From NCBI GenBank assembly GCA_963790205.1, contig CAWBNQ010000002.1, positions 128,001-192,000 of the forward strand: 64,000 bases of DNA, in the 5' to 3' direction. A model generated the notes under the pieces. It did not search any database. It saw only the letters and a list, made by a program, of their open reading frames with translations, and had not been told where the DNA came from. The DNA is from Nitrospirota bacterium. Lineage in GTDB: Bacteria > Nitrospirota > UBA9217. Each line of letters opens with the position of its first letter. Within the stretch, counting starts at the first letter, position 1. The position numbers were made by a program, and so were the translations under genes. This document shows, in pieces, positions 19,407 to 29,314 of the stretch.

Positions 19407-20768
19407 TTGAGTCCTGAACCGGCCAAAATAAAGAACATTCTTGTTATCGACGATGATAGGATTTACGGTGACACGGTTAAAGACTACTTCGCACGGGATT
19501 CGATGCGGGTGTTCGTCACCCATACGGCGAAGGAAGGGCTGGAAACCTGTTCCCGGGAGCGGATCGATGTGGTCCTCCTCGACCAGCAGCTCCCTGATGC
19601 TGAGGGGTATACCCTCTGCCCCGCCATCCTCAAGCACAACGAAGCAACCAAGATCATCTTCGCGACCGCGTATCCGAGCTTCGAGAACGCGGTCAAGGCG
19701 CTCAAGGCTGGCGCCCATGATTATCTTACCAAGCCGTTCGGGCTCGAGGAGCTGGGGCTGACCGTGGAGCGGGCCATCAGGACCGCGGAGCTCGAAGGGA
19801 TCGAGCAGATCCAAGCCTATCAGCGGGAAAAGGAAAGCGAGGAGGCGGCCCTCGTCGTCGGCGCCGGGCTGGCCGAAGTCGAACGACTCGCGGGGCTTGC
19901 GGCCGCAGCCGATTCGCCGGTGCTCATAACCGGGGAGACGGGGACGGGCAAGACGCTGGTCGCGAAAGCGATCCATTACCGGAGCGGGATTGCCGGCGCC
20001 CCCTTTGTCGGGATCAACTGTGCCGCCCTGCCGGAAAATCTTATCGAGGCCGAACTGTTCGGATACGACAAAGGCGCCTATACCGGTGCGGTGGCCGCGA
20101 GGAAGGGCATCTTCGAAATGGCTGAGGGCGGGACCTTGTTTCTCGATGAAATCGGGGAGATGCCCCTGGCATTGCAGTCAAAACTGCTGAGCGTCCTCGA
20201 AGACAAAACCGTAAGGCGGCTCGGCAGTGAATCCTTTCGCCGCGTCAATGTCCGCATCATTGCCGCCACAGGCATTGACCTGAAGCGGACGCTGGGCGCT
20301 GCCTTCAGAAAAGACCTCTATTATCGCCTGAGCGTGATCCGGATCCATCTGCCGCCTCTGCGGGAGCGGCGTCAGGATATACCGGAACTCTGCAGCTATC
20401 TGCTCAAGCACATGGGGTACCGCCCTGCCGATCTTTCCGAAGCCGAACAGACAACCTTGATGAAGTATGATTGGCCGGGAAACGTCCGGGAACTCAAGAA
20501 CATCCTGGAGCGGGCGCTCCTTCTTCAGCACGGATCGGAGTTGAGGCCGTCCCTGCTCCTTGAAACAACGCTCGGCATCGCGCCGACCGCGCCCGCTTGT
20601 CCACCCCCGCTTGCCGGCGACGACATGGCCACCCTCGCTGAGATGGAAGAACGCCATATCCGGCGGACGCTCGATAAACTCAGGGGCAACCTCACCCAGA
20701 CGGCCAGGGCGCTCGACATTTCTCTTTCGACGCTCAAGAGAAAGATCAAGGAATACGGATTAAAATGA
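19407..20768 (+). CDS. Sigma-54-dependent response regulator (NtrC family: REC-AAA-Fis HTH)
   Basis: GETGTGKT, ELFG...GAYTGA, FLDEIGE, DLYYRL, WPGNVREL, C-terminal HTH. Confidence 0.93.
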   Translation: MSPEPAKIKNILVIDDDRIYGDTVKDYFARDSMRVFVTHTAKEGLETCSRERIDVVLLDQQLPDAEGYTLCPAILKHNEATKIIFATAYPSFENAVKALKAGAHDYLTKPFGLEELGLTVERAIRTAELEGIEQIQAYQREKESEEAALVVGAGLAEVERLAGLAAAADSPVLITGETGTGKTLVAKAIHYRSGIAGAPFVGINCAALPENLIEAELFGYDKGAYTGAVAARKGIFEMAEGGTLFLDEIGEMPLALQSKLLSVLEDKTVRRLGSESFRRVNVRIIAATGIDLKRTLGAAFRKDLYYRLSVIRIHLPPLRERRQDIPELCSYLLKHMGYRPADLSEAEQTTLMKYDWPGNVRELKNILERALLLQHGSELRPSLLLETTLGIAPTAPACPPPLAGDDMATLAEMEERHIRRTLDKLRGNLTQTARALDISLSTLKRKIKEYGLK

Positions 20769-20803
20769 ACTGCCGGCTCAAAATGAACCGCTCAAATTGA
20801 GTT
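20757..20803. promoter_or_regulatory. Three imperfect palindromes, candidate enhancer (UAS) for the NtrC-family activator
   Basis: GGATTAAAATGAACT, GGCTCAAAATGAACC, CGCTCAAATTGAGTT about 85-130 bp upstream of a sigma-54 promoter. Confidence 0.45.
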
Positions 20804-20887
20804 TACTTCGTTATAGAACAAAAGGTTTCTTCCTGAAAAACACTCCAACCCCCTGATTCTGCTGGCTCCTTTGCCGGACGTGCGTCC

Positions 20888-20903
20888 TGGCATCTTCCTT
20901 GCT
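20888..20903 (+). promoter_or_regulatory. Sigma-54 (-24/-12) promoter
   Basis: TGGCATCTTCCTTGCT: GG-N10-GC, close to TGGCAC-N5-TTGCW. Confidence 0.75.
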
Positions 20904-20919
20904 TTAACAATAAGCATTT

Positions 20920-21282
20920 ATGAAAAATATTCTTCTCATCGATGATGACCTCGGCTTTCTTAAGACCCTTGAAGAAGAATTAAGCGACTACAGCGAAGGC
21001 TGGAATATTCTGACTGCGAAGAACGGAAAGCAGGGCATCGATCTCATTGCTTCTCATTCGGTTGACCTCGTCGTGACGGACCTCAGGATGCCGGTAATGG
21101 ACGGCTACGAGCTGCTGGCCTGCCTCAGGGAAAAAAGGCCAAGTATACCGATCATCGTCATGACGGCTGACGATAGTCGCGAGGCCGGCCAGAGGCTGCG
21201 CTCGTTTGGCGTCGGGCAGTGTATCAGCAAACCGTGTCAATTTTCCGAAATAGTGCGCGCCATCTCAAGCCGGATCTCATGA
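20920..21282 (+). CDS. Single-domain response regulator receiver
   Basis: MKNILLIDDD, TDLRMPVMDGYEL, MTA, SKP. Confidence 0.88.
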   Translation: MKNILLIDDDLGFLKTLEEELSDYSEGWNILTAKNGKQGIDLIASHSVDLVVTDLRMPVMDGYELLACLREKRPSIPIIVMTADDSREAGQRLRSFGVGQCISKPCQFSEIVRAISSRIS

Positions 21283-21397
21283 TGGACCGGTTTTAGGACC
21301 GTGCATGAAATGATGATGTTCCTTTTAATGAACGCCGGCGCACACCGCTGACCGGTGGCGGTTTTTACGGTGTTCGTCGATTCAGGAGGAGGCCTCT

Positions 21398-22405
21398 ATG
21401 AACGAATGGCTGAAGCCGGTTGAGGGCCTGATGGTTGCGGACCGCTACGAACGTGACGTTGAAGCCGAAGCGATTTATCCCGCCGAGCGAGCGTATAATA
21501 ATGCCGAAGAACGCGAGGAGCAGCGGGATGAAGAGGCCGGAGGCCGCGCCCGGGGAACAGGGGGGCAGAAGAGCGCTCCCGCTGATTCCTTAAAGTATTA
21601 TCTCAAGGACATACGGAAGTCCCCGCTCCTCTCGTTTGCCGAGGAGCAGGAACTTGGCAAACGTACGGCAGCAGGCGACCCGGAGGCGCGGGCGAAGATG
21701 ATAGAGTCCAACCTGCGCCTGGTCGTGGCCATTGCAAAAAAGTACGTAAACCGCGGCCTGTCCTTTTCCGACGTCATCGCAGAAGGCAACCTCGGCCTTA
21801 TCCGGGCCGTTGAGAAGTTCGATTATCGCAAGGGGTTCAAATTCAGTACGTACGCTTCCTGGTGGATCAGGCAGTTCATCGAGCGGGCTTTTGTCAACCA
21901 GCTGAGCACCATCCGCCTGCCGGTACACGTTGCGGAGGTCGTCAATCACTACAGGCGCACGACGACATTCCTGACGCGGGAACTGGAAAGGGAACCGACC
22001 ATGGACGAAATCGCGAAGCAGATGAAGATAAGCCTTGAAAAGGCGCGAGGCATCTCTCAGGTGGTGCGCGAGACCGTGTCCCTTGACACCATCATCGGCG
22101 AAAAAGACGAAGATACCCTTAAAGACGTACTGAAGGACGGCGACGCGGTCGCGCCTGACATTCATTCCGAGAGCATCCGCCGGCGCGAGCATGTCGAGAG
22201 ATGGCTGTCGAAGCTTACCGAGAGCGAGCGCCAGGTGATCGAGCAGCGGTTCGGGTTGAATGACGGGGAGCCGATGACCCTCGATAAGATCGGCCGGCGG
22301 TGCAAGATCACGCGAGAGCGGGTCAGGCAGATCGAGAGCAAGGCGCTGAACAAATTGCGAAATATCACCAGGGAAGAGAACCTTGCGCTTGACCTGGTGC
22401 TGTAA
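21398..22405 (+). CDS. RNA polymerase sigma-70 factor, RpoS/RpoD-like (copy B)
   Basis: [54 protein letters not shown]. Confidence 0.92.
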   Translation: MNEWLKPVEGLMVADRYERDVEAEAIYPAERAYNNAEEREEQRDEEAGGRARGTGGQKSAPADSLKYYLKDIRKSPLLSFAEEQELGKRTAAGDPEARAKMIESNLRLVVAIAKKYVNRGLSFSDVIAEGNLGLIRAVEKFDYRKGFKFSTYASWWIRQFIERAFVNQLSTIRLPVHVAEVVNHYRRTTTFLTRELEREPTMDEIAKQMKISLEKARGISQVVRETVSLDTIIGEKDEDTLKDVLKDGDAVAPDIHSESIRRREHVERWLSKLTESERQVIEQRFGLNDGEPMTLDKIGRRCKITRERVRQIESKALNKLRNITREENLALDLVL

Positions 22406-22709
22406 TGTGACGAGACGGCCCGGCCTCCCTGCTTACAGCTGAGAATGCCTATGCGCGGCCCCAGCAGAGAGCGCGGGAGCAGTACGACCCGCGCATCCAC
22501 TCACATCCAGATGACCCTCCCGCGTCATGCAGCTCACCTTGACTTCACCCCGGCTTATGCTATTCTTTTATAAGAAGGTTTTGATGCGTTCGGAACGATA
22601 ATGCATCAGGAAACGCGCGAGAATCTGCCGGGGCTTCTCTTTTTTCGCACGGTGTCCTTGCACCGGCAAGCGTGATACTTTTTACAGCAGCGAGGAAGGG
22701 AGGAAAACC

Positions 22710-22916
22710 ATGAAGAAAAACGTCGGAGGCATCGACAGCATCATCCGGACCGCATTGGGAGCGGTCGCAGCGCTTGCGGGGTTTTTCGCACCCATGAGCA
22801 TGGGACTGCGGATCGTCGCATTTGTGATCGCCGTTATCCTTCTCTTCACGGGGATCTACGGTTTTTGTCCGATCTGGTTCGCGCTCGGGATCAACACAAA
22901 AGAGAAAAAAACATGA
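22710..22916 (+). CDS. DUF2892 (YgaP-like) small membrane protein
   Basis: MKKNVGGID..IR and TGIYGFCP..ALGINT. Confidence 0.85.
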   Translation: MKKNVGGIDSIIRTALGAVAALAGFFAPMSMGLRIVAFVIAVILLFTGIYGFCPIWFALGINTKEKKT

Positions 22917-23001
22917 CAAGACCCGGATGCGCGCAGTACCGCGGTCGTCAGGAGCATTACGCCCGAGGACGAGTTCACATTGAAGGCGGAACGTACACAG
23001 C

Positions 23002-23457
23002 ATGATGATAGCGATCGGAGCGGACCACGGCGGCTACTACCTGAAGAACGTGCTCGTCAACTACTTGTACCAGCTGGGGCATACGGTAAACGACTTCGGC
23101 ACGTACGGCGAGGAAGCGGTTGATTATCCCGATTATGCCCGCTCCGTGGCCGGAGCCGTGCTCGACGGCAAGGCCGAGCGGGGCATCCTGATCTGCGGCA
23201 GCGGGGTGGGCGCCGGCGTGGCCGCGAACAAGTTCCCGGGCGTCCGGGCGGCGGTCTGCCACGATACGTTCTCGGCGCATCAGGGGGTGGAGGACGACAA
23301 CATGAACGTTCTCTGTCTCGGGGCGCGTGTTGTGGGGACGGAACTCGCAAAGGAAATCGTCCGCACGTTTTTGCGCGCGTCATTCTCACAAGCCGAGCGA
23401 CATGTAAGGCGATTGGGAAAGGTTTCAGATATCGAGAGGGAGTTCATGAAAAAATAG
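23002..23457 (+). CDS. rpiB: Ribose-5-phosphate isomerase B
   Basis: GADHGG, DYPD, ICGSGVG, ANK, RHVRRL. Confidence 0.95.
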   Translation: MMIAIGADHGGYYLKNVLVNYLYQLGHTVNDFGTYGEEAVDYPDYARSVAGAVLDGKAERGILICGSGVGAGVAANKFPGVRAAVCHDTFSAHQGVEDDNMNVLCLGARVVGTELAKEIVRTFLRASFSQAERHVRRLGKVSDIEREFMKK

Positions 23458-23639
23458 GAGTCTACGCCGTTCAGCCACTTCACTTCGGCGCAAGGAGCAT
23501 CAGGCTGTTTTGCGCCGTCTTTAAACGCATAAGCGCATTAACCTGCAGCATTTTGCCATGCACGAGTTGTTTTGGCCGGAGTTCATTCATTAACCCGAGT
23601 CTCGACCGGGAACTCGAAACTTCCGAAGGAGATGTCGCT

Positions 23640-24551
23640 ATGAAACTCGGTTACATCGGCTTGGGCAAGATGGGCTACAATATGGTCGAATTGCTCCTCG
23701 ACAAGGGGCACCAGGTCGTTGCCTACAACAGGACCTCAGTGTCCGTTCAAAAGATCGCGCAGCGCGGGGCGCAGCCCGCAGACTCGATCAGCGCTCTCGT
23801 GGCAGCGCTGACGCCGCCTCGGCTTGTCTGGCTCATGGTTCCCCATCAGGCAGTCGACGATGTCCTTAAGGATATCGTACCGCTCCTCACGAAGAATGAT
23901 GTCGTGATCGACGGCGGGAACTCGCCGTATAAGGAATCGATTCGGCGCGCTGCGGAGCTGAAAAAGAAGGGCATAGATTTCATTGATGCGGGTACCAGCG
24001 GGGGGCCGGGCGGCGCGCGCACCGGAGCGTGCATCATGGTCGGCGGCAACAAGGAAGTGTTCCTGAAGTATGAGCAGCTCTTTCGTGATTTATCCGCCGA
24101 GAACGGGTACGCGTACCTGGGAAAGTCCGGCGCAGGCCATTTTGTGAAGATGGTCCACAACGGCATAGAGTACGGTATGATGCAGGCCCTGGCCGAAGGG
24201 TTTTCGGTCATGAAGGCGTCGTCCTATGACCTGGACATGGTAGAGGTTGCCGACCTCTATAATCACCGAAGCGTTATCGAATCACGGCTGGTAAGCTGGC
24301 TCAAGGCCGCTTTTGAGCAGTACGGCACGGAATTGAAGGGTATCTCCGGCTCCGCTGCGCAGAGCGGCGAAGGGATGTGGACCATCGAGGCCGCAAAAGA
24401 GCTCGGTATCCCGGTGCCGGTCATCGAGGGGGCGCTTGAGTTCCGTCTTGCGTCGCAGAAAAACCCGAGTTATGCCGGACAGGTCGTCTCGGCCCTCCGG
24501 CACCAGTTCGGCGGCCACGAGGTGATGACGGAAGTAAGAAGTAAGAAGTAA
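23640..24551 (+). CDS. gnd: 6-phosphogluconate dehydrogenase, decarboxylating (short type)
   Basis: GLGKMG, IDGGNS, DAGTSGG, GHFVKMVHNGIEYG; start at ATG 23640 behind AAGGAG. Confidence 0.93.
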   Translation: MKLGYIGLGKMGYNMVELLLDKGHQVVAYNRTSVSVQKIAQRGAQPADSISALVAALTPPRLVWLMVPHQAVDDVLKDIVPLLTKNDVVIDGGNSPYKESIRRAAELKKKGIDFIDAGTSGGPGGARTGACIMVGGNKEVFLKYEQLFRDLSAENGYAYLGKSGAGHFVKMVHNGIEYGMMQALAEGFSVMKASSYDLDMVEVADLYNHRSVIESRLVSWLKAAFEQYGTELKGISGSAAQSGEGMWTIEAAKELGIPVPVIEGALEFRLASQKNPSYAGQVVSALRHQFGGHEVMTEVRSKK

Positions 24552-24555
24552 GAAG

Positions 24556-25446
24556 GTGATGATGAGACCTCAAAACCTGAAGACGCGAATATTCCTTGAC
24601 GGCGGGAACACCGACGAGACGAGGGAAATCATTAAACTACTCGGCTTTCTCGACGGCCAGACCACGAACCCCACGCTTATCTCAAAAAATCCCGAGGCCC
24701 ACAGACGGCTCGAAAGCGGCGAGAAATTCAGCACGGACGAGATATACGATTTTTACCGCGGCGTGGTCAAGACCCTTTCCGGGTTGATCCCGCTGGGATC
24801 GGTTTCCATTGAAGTGTATGCCGATGCCGCGACGAAAGCAGGTTCCATGCTGAAGCAGGGCCATGAGATGTTCTCCTGGATCCCCAACGCGCATATAAAA
24901 TTCCCCACATCGCGGGAAGGACTCAAAGCGGCGGCACAGGCCATACAAGAAGGTCTTCGCGTGAACATGACCCTCTGCTTCTCCCAGGAGCAGGCCGCGG
25001 CCGTGCATGCGGCGACGCAGGGTGCAAAGAAGGGGGAGGTATTCGTTTCGCCTTTCATCGGCAGGCTTGACGACCGCGGTGAAAACGGCATGGATGTGAT
25101 CGCCAACATCATCAGGATGTACCGGAAAGGCGACGGGCATGTGGAGGTCCTGACCGCGAGCGTGAGGAACCGCGACCACTTTCTGTATGCGCTCAAGCTC
25201 GGCTCGGACATCATTACCGCGCCGTATGAAGTATTAAAAGCCTGGGGAGAACAGGGGATGCCGGTGCCCGGGAATGATTATCGCTATGACGCAAAGTCGC
25301 TGAAGCCTATAGCCTATAGGGAGCTTGATCTCAACAGCAGCTGGGAAGAGCTCGACATTCGTCACGAACTGACGGAAACGGGCATGGAACGATTCTCTGC
25401 GGACTGGAACGCCTTGATTAAAACGGAAAAAAGGAAGATAGCCTAA
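24556..25446 (+). CDS. tal: Transaldolase family protein
   Basis: IFLDG, GQTTNPTLI, HIKFP, NMTLCFS, SPFIGRLDD, TASVR. Confidence 0.88.
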   Translation: MMMRPQNLKTRIFLDGGNTDETREIIKLLGFLDGQTTNPTLISKNPEAHRRLESGEKFSTDEIYDFYRGVVKTLSGLIPLGSVSIEVYADAATKAGSMLKQGHEMFSWIPNAHIKFPTSREGLKAAAQAIQEGLRVNMTLCFSQEQAAAVHAATQGAKKGEVFVSPFIGRLDDRGENGMDVIANIIRMYRKGDGHVEVLTASVRNRDHFLYALKLGSDIITAPYEVLKAWGEQGMPVPGNDYRYDAKSLKPIAYRELDLNSSWEELDIRHELTETGMERFSADWNALIKTEKRKIA

Positions 25447-25449
25447 CCT

Positions 25450-27018
25450 ATGGATGCTCCCCTTGCTCAAGAGAAAATAACGCAGACGGAAACGATCCTG
25501 GCGCCGGAGTACCGGACCATTGAGAACTGCGAGATCGAAGTGCCGCGGGCGGCCGCCCTGATCATCTTCGGCGCATCAGGCGACCTTGCGCATCGAAAGC
25601 TCCTCCCCTCGCTGTACCGTCTTTTTAAAAACCGGATGCTCACCGAGGAGTTTTTTATCCTCGGGACGAGCCGGATCGAGATGACCACGGAGCAGTTTCG
25701 CGCGTCCATGCTCGAATCGGTCAAGGAAGCGCATCCGAACGAGTTCGACCAGCCGGTCTGGGACGCGCTCGCAGCCAGAATCTACTACTCCACCTTCGAT
25801 TACGGCGCCCCGGAGTCTTACGCCGTCAAACTCAAAGACATCCTGCCCAAACTCGAGAACAAACATCGGACCAGAGGGAACCGCATATATTACCTGGCCA
25901 TACCGCCTACGGTCTTTGAAGAGGTCATTCATAACCTGGGAGCCGCGGGCCTGTCGCGCGAGGACAACGGTTGCAGCCACGTCGTGATCGAAAAGCCTTT
26001 CGGCAGCGATCTTGCCACGGCCCGGAAGCTGAACAGGCTGGTACATACCTATTATAAGGAGAGCCAGATCTTTCGCATCGACCACTACCTGGCCAAGGAG
26101 ACGGTGCAGAACATTCTTATGTTCCGTTTCGCCAACTCCATCTTCGAGCCGCTCTGGAACAGGCGCTACGTGGACCATGTGCAGATCACCGCGGCCGAGA
26201 CCCTCGGCGTGGAGCACCGGGCCGGTTACTACGAAACAGCGGGCGTGCTCCGCGACATGTTCCAAAACCACATGTTTCAACTCCTGTCCCTTACGGCCAT
26301 GGAGCCGCCCGCGGCGTTCATCGCCGACCGGGTGAGGGACGAGAAGGCAAAGGTCCTTCGTTCCGTGCGGAGGTTGTCCTCCGAAACGCTAGCTGACCAT
26401 CTGGTAGTCGGCCAGTACGCGCGGGGGACCATCGACGGGCGGGAAGTCCGAGGATACCGGGAAGAGGAGGGGGTCGATCAACGCTCGACGACGCCGACCT
26501 TCGCCGCAATGAAACTCTTCATCGACAACTGGCGCTGGCAGGGCGTTCCTTTCTACCTCCGTTCCGGCAAGTGTCTTGCCAGCAGGCAGACCGAGATCTC
26601 AATTCATTTCAGGCAGGTGCCGCACTCCCTGTTTCCTGATTCCGTCGGGGACCCGATCGAGGCGAACACCCTCGTATTGAAGATCCAGCCCGGCGAAGGC
26701 ATGGGCCTCATGTTCCAGACCAAGGAGCCGGGAACAAAGATCTGTCTGAACCCCGTGGAGATGACCTATTCCTACCCCCGCGGGGTATCGCTCGATGCCT
26801 ACGAATGGGTCCTGCTCGAATGCATGCTCGGCGATCAAATGCTGTTTATGCGGGAGGACAGTGTTGAGCTTGCGTGGTCCGTGCTGACCCCGGTCCTCGA
26901 TGCTTTGGAAACGGGCGTGCGCGCGCCGATCGCGCCCTACGCAGCGGGGTCGGCCGCGGGGCCCGCTGAGGCCGTGCGCCTGATAGAAAAGGATGGCCGC
27001 GCATGGAGGCCGTTGTGA
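25450..27018 (+). CDS. zwf: Glucose-6-phosphate 1-dehydrogenase
   Basis: [36 protein letters not shown]. Confidence 0.96.
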   Translation: MDAPLAQEKITQTETILAPEYRTIENCEIEVPRAAALIIFGASGDLAHRKLLPSLYRLFKNRMLTEEFFILGTSRIEMTTEQFRASMLESVKEAHPNEFDQPVWDALAARIYYSTFDYGAPESYAVKLKDILPKLENKHRTRGNRIYYLAIPPTVFEEVIHNLGAAGLSREDNGCSHVVIEKPFGSDLATARKLNRLVHTYYKESQIFRIDHYLAKETVQNILMFRFANSIFEPLWNRRYVDHVQITAAETLGVEHRAGYYETAGVLRDMFQNHMFQLLSLTAMEPPAAFIADRVRDEKAKVLRSVRRLSSETLADHLVVGQYARGTIDGREVRGYREEEGVDQRSTTPTFAAMKLFIDNWRWQGVPFYLRSGKCLASRQTEISIHFRQVPHSLFPDSVGDPIEANTLVLKIQPGEGMGLMFQTKEPGTKICLNPVEMTYSYPRGVSLDAYEWVLLECMLGDQMLFMREDSVELAWSVLTPVLDALETGVRAPIAPYAAGSAAGPAEAVRLIEKDGRAWRPL

Positions 27019-27770
27019 CCGGCAAACCGGACGAGCGCGTCCAGGTCTTTCAGGACCTGGAGGCGTTGAGCCATGCGGCCGCCGAATTATTTACTACCCG
27101 TGCAAAGCGACGTGTTGCCGCACAGGGCAGATTTACCGTCGCTCTCTCAGGCGGCGCCACGCCCCGCCGTCTGTACACGCTCCTCGGTTCAACTCCCTAT
27201 CGTGAAAACGTTGAATGGAAACAAGCGCATGTTTTCTGGGCCGATGAACGATGCGTACCCGGAGACCATCCCGAGAGCAACTTCAAGCTTGCCGTTGATG
27301 CGTTCCTTTCCAGCGTCGCCATGCCGAAAGAGAACATTCACCGGATCAAGGGAGAAGAGGGTCCCGGGCGCGCTGCCCAGGACTATGAACAGGATATCCG
27401 CTCGTTTTTCGGGCCGGCCTTGTTTCCGCTTTTCGACCTCATTATTCTCGGCGCAGGCGAGGACGGTCATACGGCGTCGCTCTTCCCGGATTCAGCCTCC
27501 CTGCGCGAAAGGACGCGGCTTGCCCTGCCTGTGTATCTTGAACCCCCGAAGCTCAACCGGGTGACGCTCACGCTCCCAGTGCTGAATCATGCTGCTGAGG
27601 TACTCTTTCTTGCTTCGGGACGCGCCAAGGCCGGGGTCGTGCAGGCGATCGTAGAAAAGGGGAACCCGATGCGCTACCCGGCCGGACTGGTTCAGCCGGT
27701 GCAAGGCAGTATTACCTGGTTCATTGACAGGCAGGCCGCAGACTTATTGGCGGATCATGGCCATACGTAA
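27003..27770 (+). CDS. pgl: 6-phosphogluconolactonase
   Basis: [35 protein letters not shown]. Confidence 0.93.
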   Translation: MEAVVTGKPDERVQVFQDLEALSHAAAELFTTRAKRRVAAQGRFTVALSGGATPRRLYTLLGSTPYRENVEWKQAHVFWADERCVPGDHPESNFKLAVDAFLSSVAMPKENIHRIKGEEGPGRAAQDYEQDIRSFFGPALFPLFDLIILGAGEDGHTASLFPDSASLRERTRLALPVYLEPPKLNRVTLTLPVLNHAAEVLFLASGRAKAGVVQAIVEKGNPMRYPAGLVQPVQGSITWFIDRQAADLLADHGHT

Positions 27771-27867
27771 GTATTCCATTGGCTGTAACCGGTTGGTCGA
27801 GGGACCGCAAGCCTTGTTTTTGTGGTATGATTACACTTATCCTGATCAGAGAGGAGGTGAAAACAGG

Positions 27868-27990
27868 ATGAAGAAGTCAGTGAGCAGGGACGCTCTCGTC
27901 AAAGAGGCTGCCTACTGGATGGCCATGAAGCAATCGGCGAAGCAGAATCCTGGTACGGTATGCCGCAAATGAAAGGGTTGAAAGAGCTAA
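27868..27990 (+). CDS. Putative selenocysteine-containing peptide (40 aa), candidate radical SAM substrate: MKKSVSRDALVKEAAYWMAMKQSAKQNPGTVCRKUKGUKS
   Basis: GAGGAGGTGA RBS; in-frame TGA at 27970 and 27979, each 3 codons on from Cys at 27961; TAA at 27988; SECIS-like hairpin immediately after. Confidence 0.65.
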
Positions 27991-28006
27991 GTTGCTGGTC
28001 AGCAAC
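27991..28006 (+). promoter_or_regulatory. Candidate bacterial SECIS element
   Basis: GTTGCT-GGTC-AGCAAC hairpin resembling the E. coli fdhF SECIS upper stem-loop GGTTGCAGGTCTGCACC. Confidence 0.6.
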
Positions 28007-28248
28007 GAAAACCGAAGCCGGCAGGTATGGCGCTCAGGGGTTGCCGTCAGGAAACGGCGCTGTTCGCCATATCTTCCGGCCTTCCTTGTACGTCATGAGG
28101 CCGGAAAGTTAAGAAATTGTGAAGTTGGAAGAAATTTTTACCTGTGCCATCTTCCATCTTTTTGCCTTCCCATAATTCTAAGCGCCTTCCCGCGGCCGGC
28201 GGGAGCGAAGAAGACCTGTTATCACGGCAGCATTCATGCGGCACGCTT

Positions 28249-29298
28249 ATGGCGACCAACAAGCCTTTTGAATTTTTTATCCAGTGGCATCTTACCGAAC
28301 GCTGCAACCTCCGGTGCAGACATTGCTACCAGGGCGAACGGAGCGCGGACGAGATGCCGCTCCCGGCAATACGAAACGTCATCATCGAAGTGTCGGATAT
28401 GGTCAAAGACTGGTCGGAATCCTACGGCGTCTCTTTTTCTCCAAGCATGAACGTTACCGGAGGAGAACCGTTCCTGAGAAACGACCTTCTCGAAATCCTC
28501 GGCGAAATCAAAAAGCAGGGATTTAAAATTTACCTTCTCACGAACGGCACTCTCGTGGACAAAAAGAGGGCCCGCATGCTCGCGGACCTCGGCGTGGACG
28601 GGGTCCAGGTGAGCATGGAAGGACCGGAGGATGTGCATGATGCCATCCGCGGCGCCGGCAGTTATTCCGCGTCCGCAGCCGGCGTTGAGCAGCTGGTAGA
28701 TGCCGGGATCGCGGTGACCCTGAATGTCACCGTCTCGAATATCAATGCGGGACAGGTGAACAGGATCATCACCTTCGCTTCCCATGCCGGAGTGAAGCGG
28801 GTGGGTTTTTCGCGACTGGTGCCTGCCGGCAGAGGGCGGGCGCTGCTGTCGCACATGCTCACCCGGGCGCAGGTCAAAGAACTCTACGAGGAGCTTCTTT
28901 CTCTGGAGCTCAAAGGCCTCGATGTTGTCACGGGCGATCCCGTGGCTGCGCAAATGAAAATGAAGGCCAAGAGGGATGCGGGAAGTACGGCAATCAGCGG
29001 CTGTGCCGCGGGTGTTTCGGGGTTGACGATACAGCCGAACGGCAACGTCACCCCCTGCAGGCGGTTGCCCCTTTCTCTCGGCAATGTACGGAGGGATTCT
29101 CTGCGTGAGATATGGGCCGCATCGCCCGTGCTTGAAGCGCTTCGGGACAGGAACAAATACAAGGGAAAATGCGGCGCCTGCACCCGGTGGGCGCGGTGCA
29201 GAGGCTGCAGGGCCATTGCCTACGCCTGGTCCCGTTCAAAGGGAGCTGACGATTTCCTTGCCGACGATCCGCAGTGTTTTATTGAGACAACAGCCTGA
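28249..29298 (+). CDS. Radical SAM/SPASM-domain protein (peptide-maturase type)
   Basis: CNLRCRHC, TGGEP, LTNGT; SPASM cysteines CAAG...PC...CGAC...CRGC...C. Confidence 0.9.
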   Translation: MATNKPFEFFIQWHLTERCNLRCRHCYQGERSADEMPLPAIRNVIIEVSDMVKDWSESYGVSFSPSMNVTGGEPFLRNDLLEILGEIKKQGFKIYLLTNGTLVDKKRARMLADLGVDGVQVSMEGPEDVHDAIRGAGSYSASAAGVEQLVDAGIAVTLNVTVSNINAGQVNRIITFASHAGVKRVGFSRLVPAGRGRALLSHMLTRAQVKELYEELLSLELKGLDVVTGDPVAAQMKMKAKRDAGSTAISGCAAGVSGLTIQPNGNVTPCRRLPLSLGNVRRDSLREIWAASPVLEALRDRNKYKGKCGACTRWARCRGCRAIAYAWSRSKGADDFLADDPQCFIETTA

Positions 29299-29314
29299 AG
29301 CCGAGGAGGTGACC

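Noticed and set aside
20775..20789. 14/15 match between GGCTCAAAATGAACC and the element iteron GGTTCAAAATGAACC
   Set aside because: Short palindromes converge easily and each has a sufficient local explanation; no other evidence of a link
23002..27770. Pentose phosphate cluster as a novelty
   Set aside because: Ordinary, well-known gene set; transketolase is probably elsewhere in the genome
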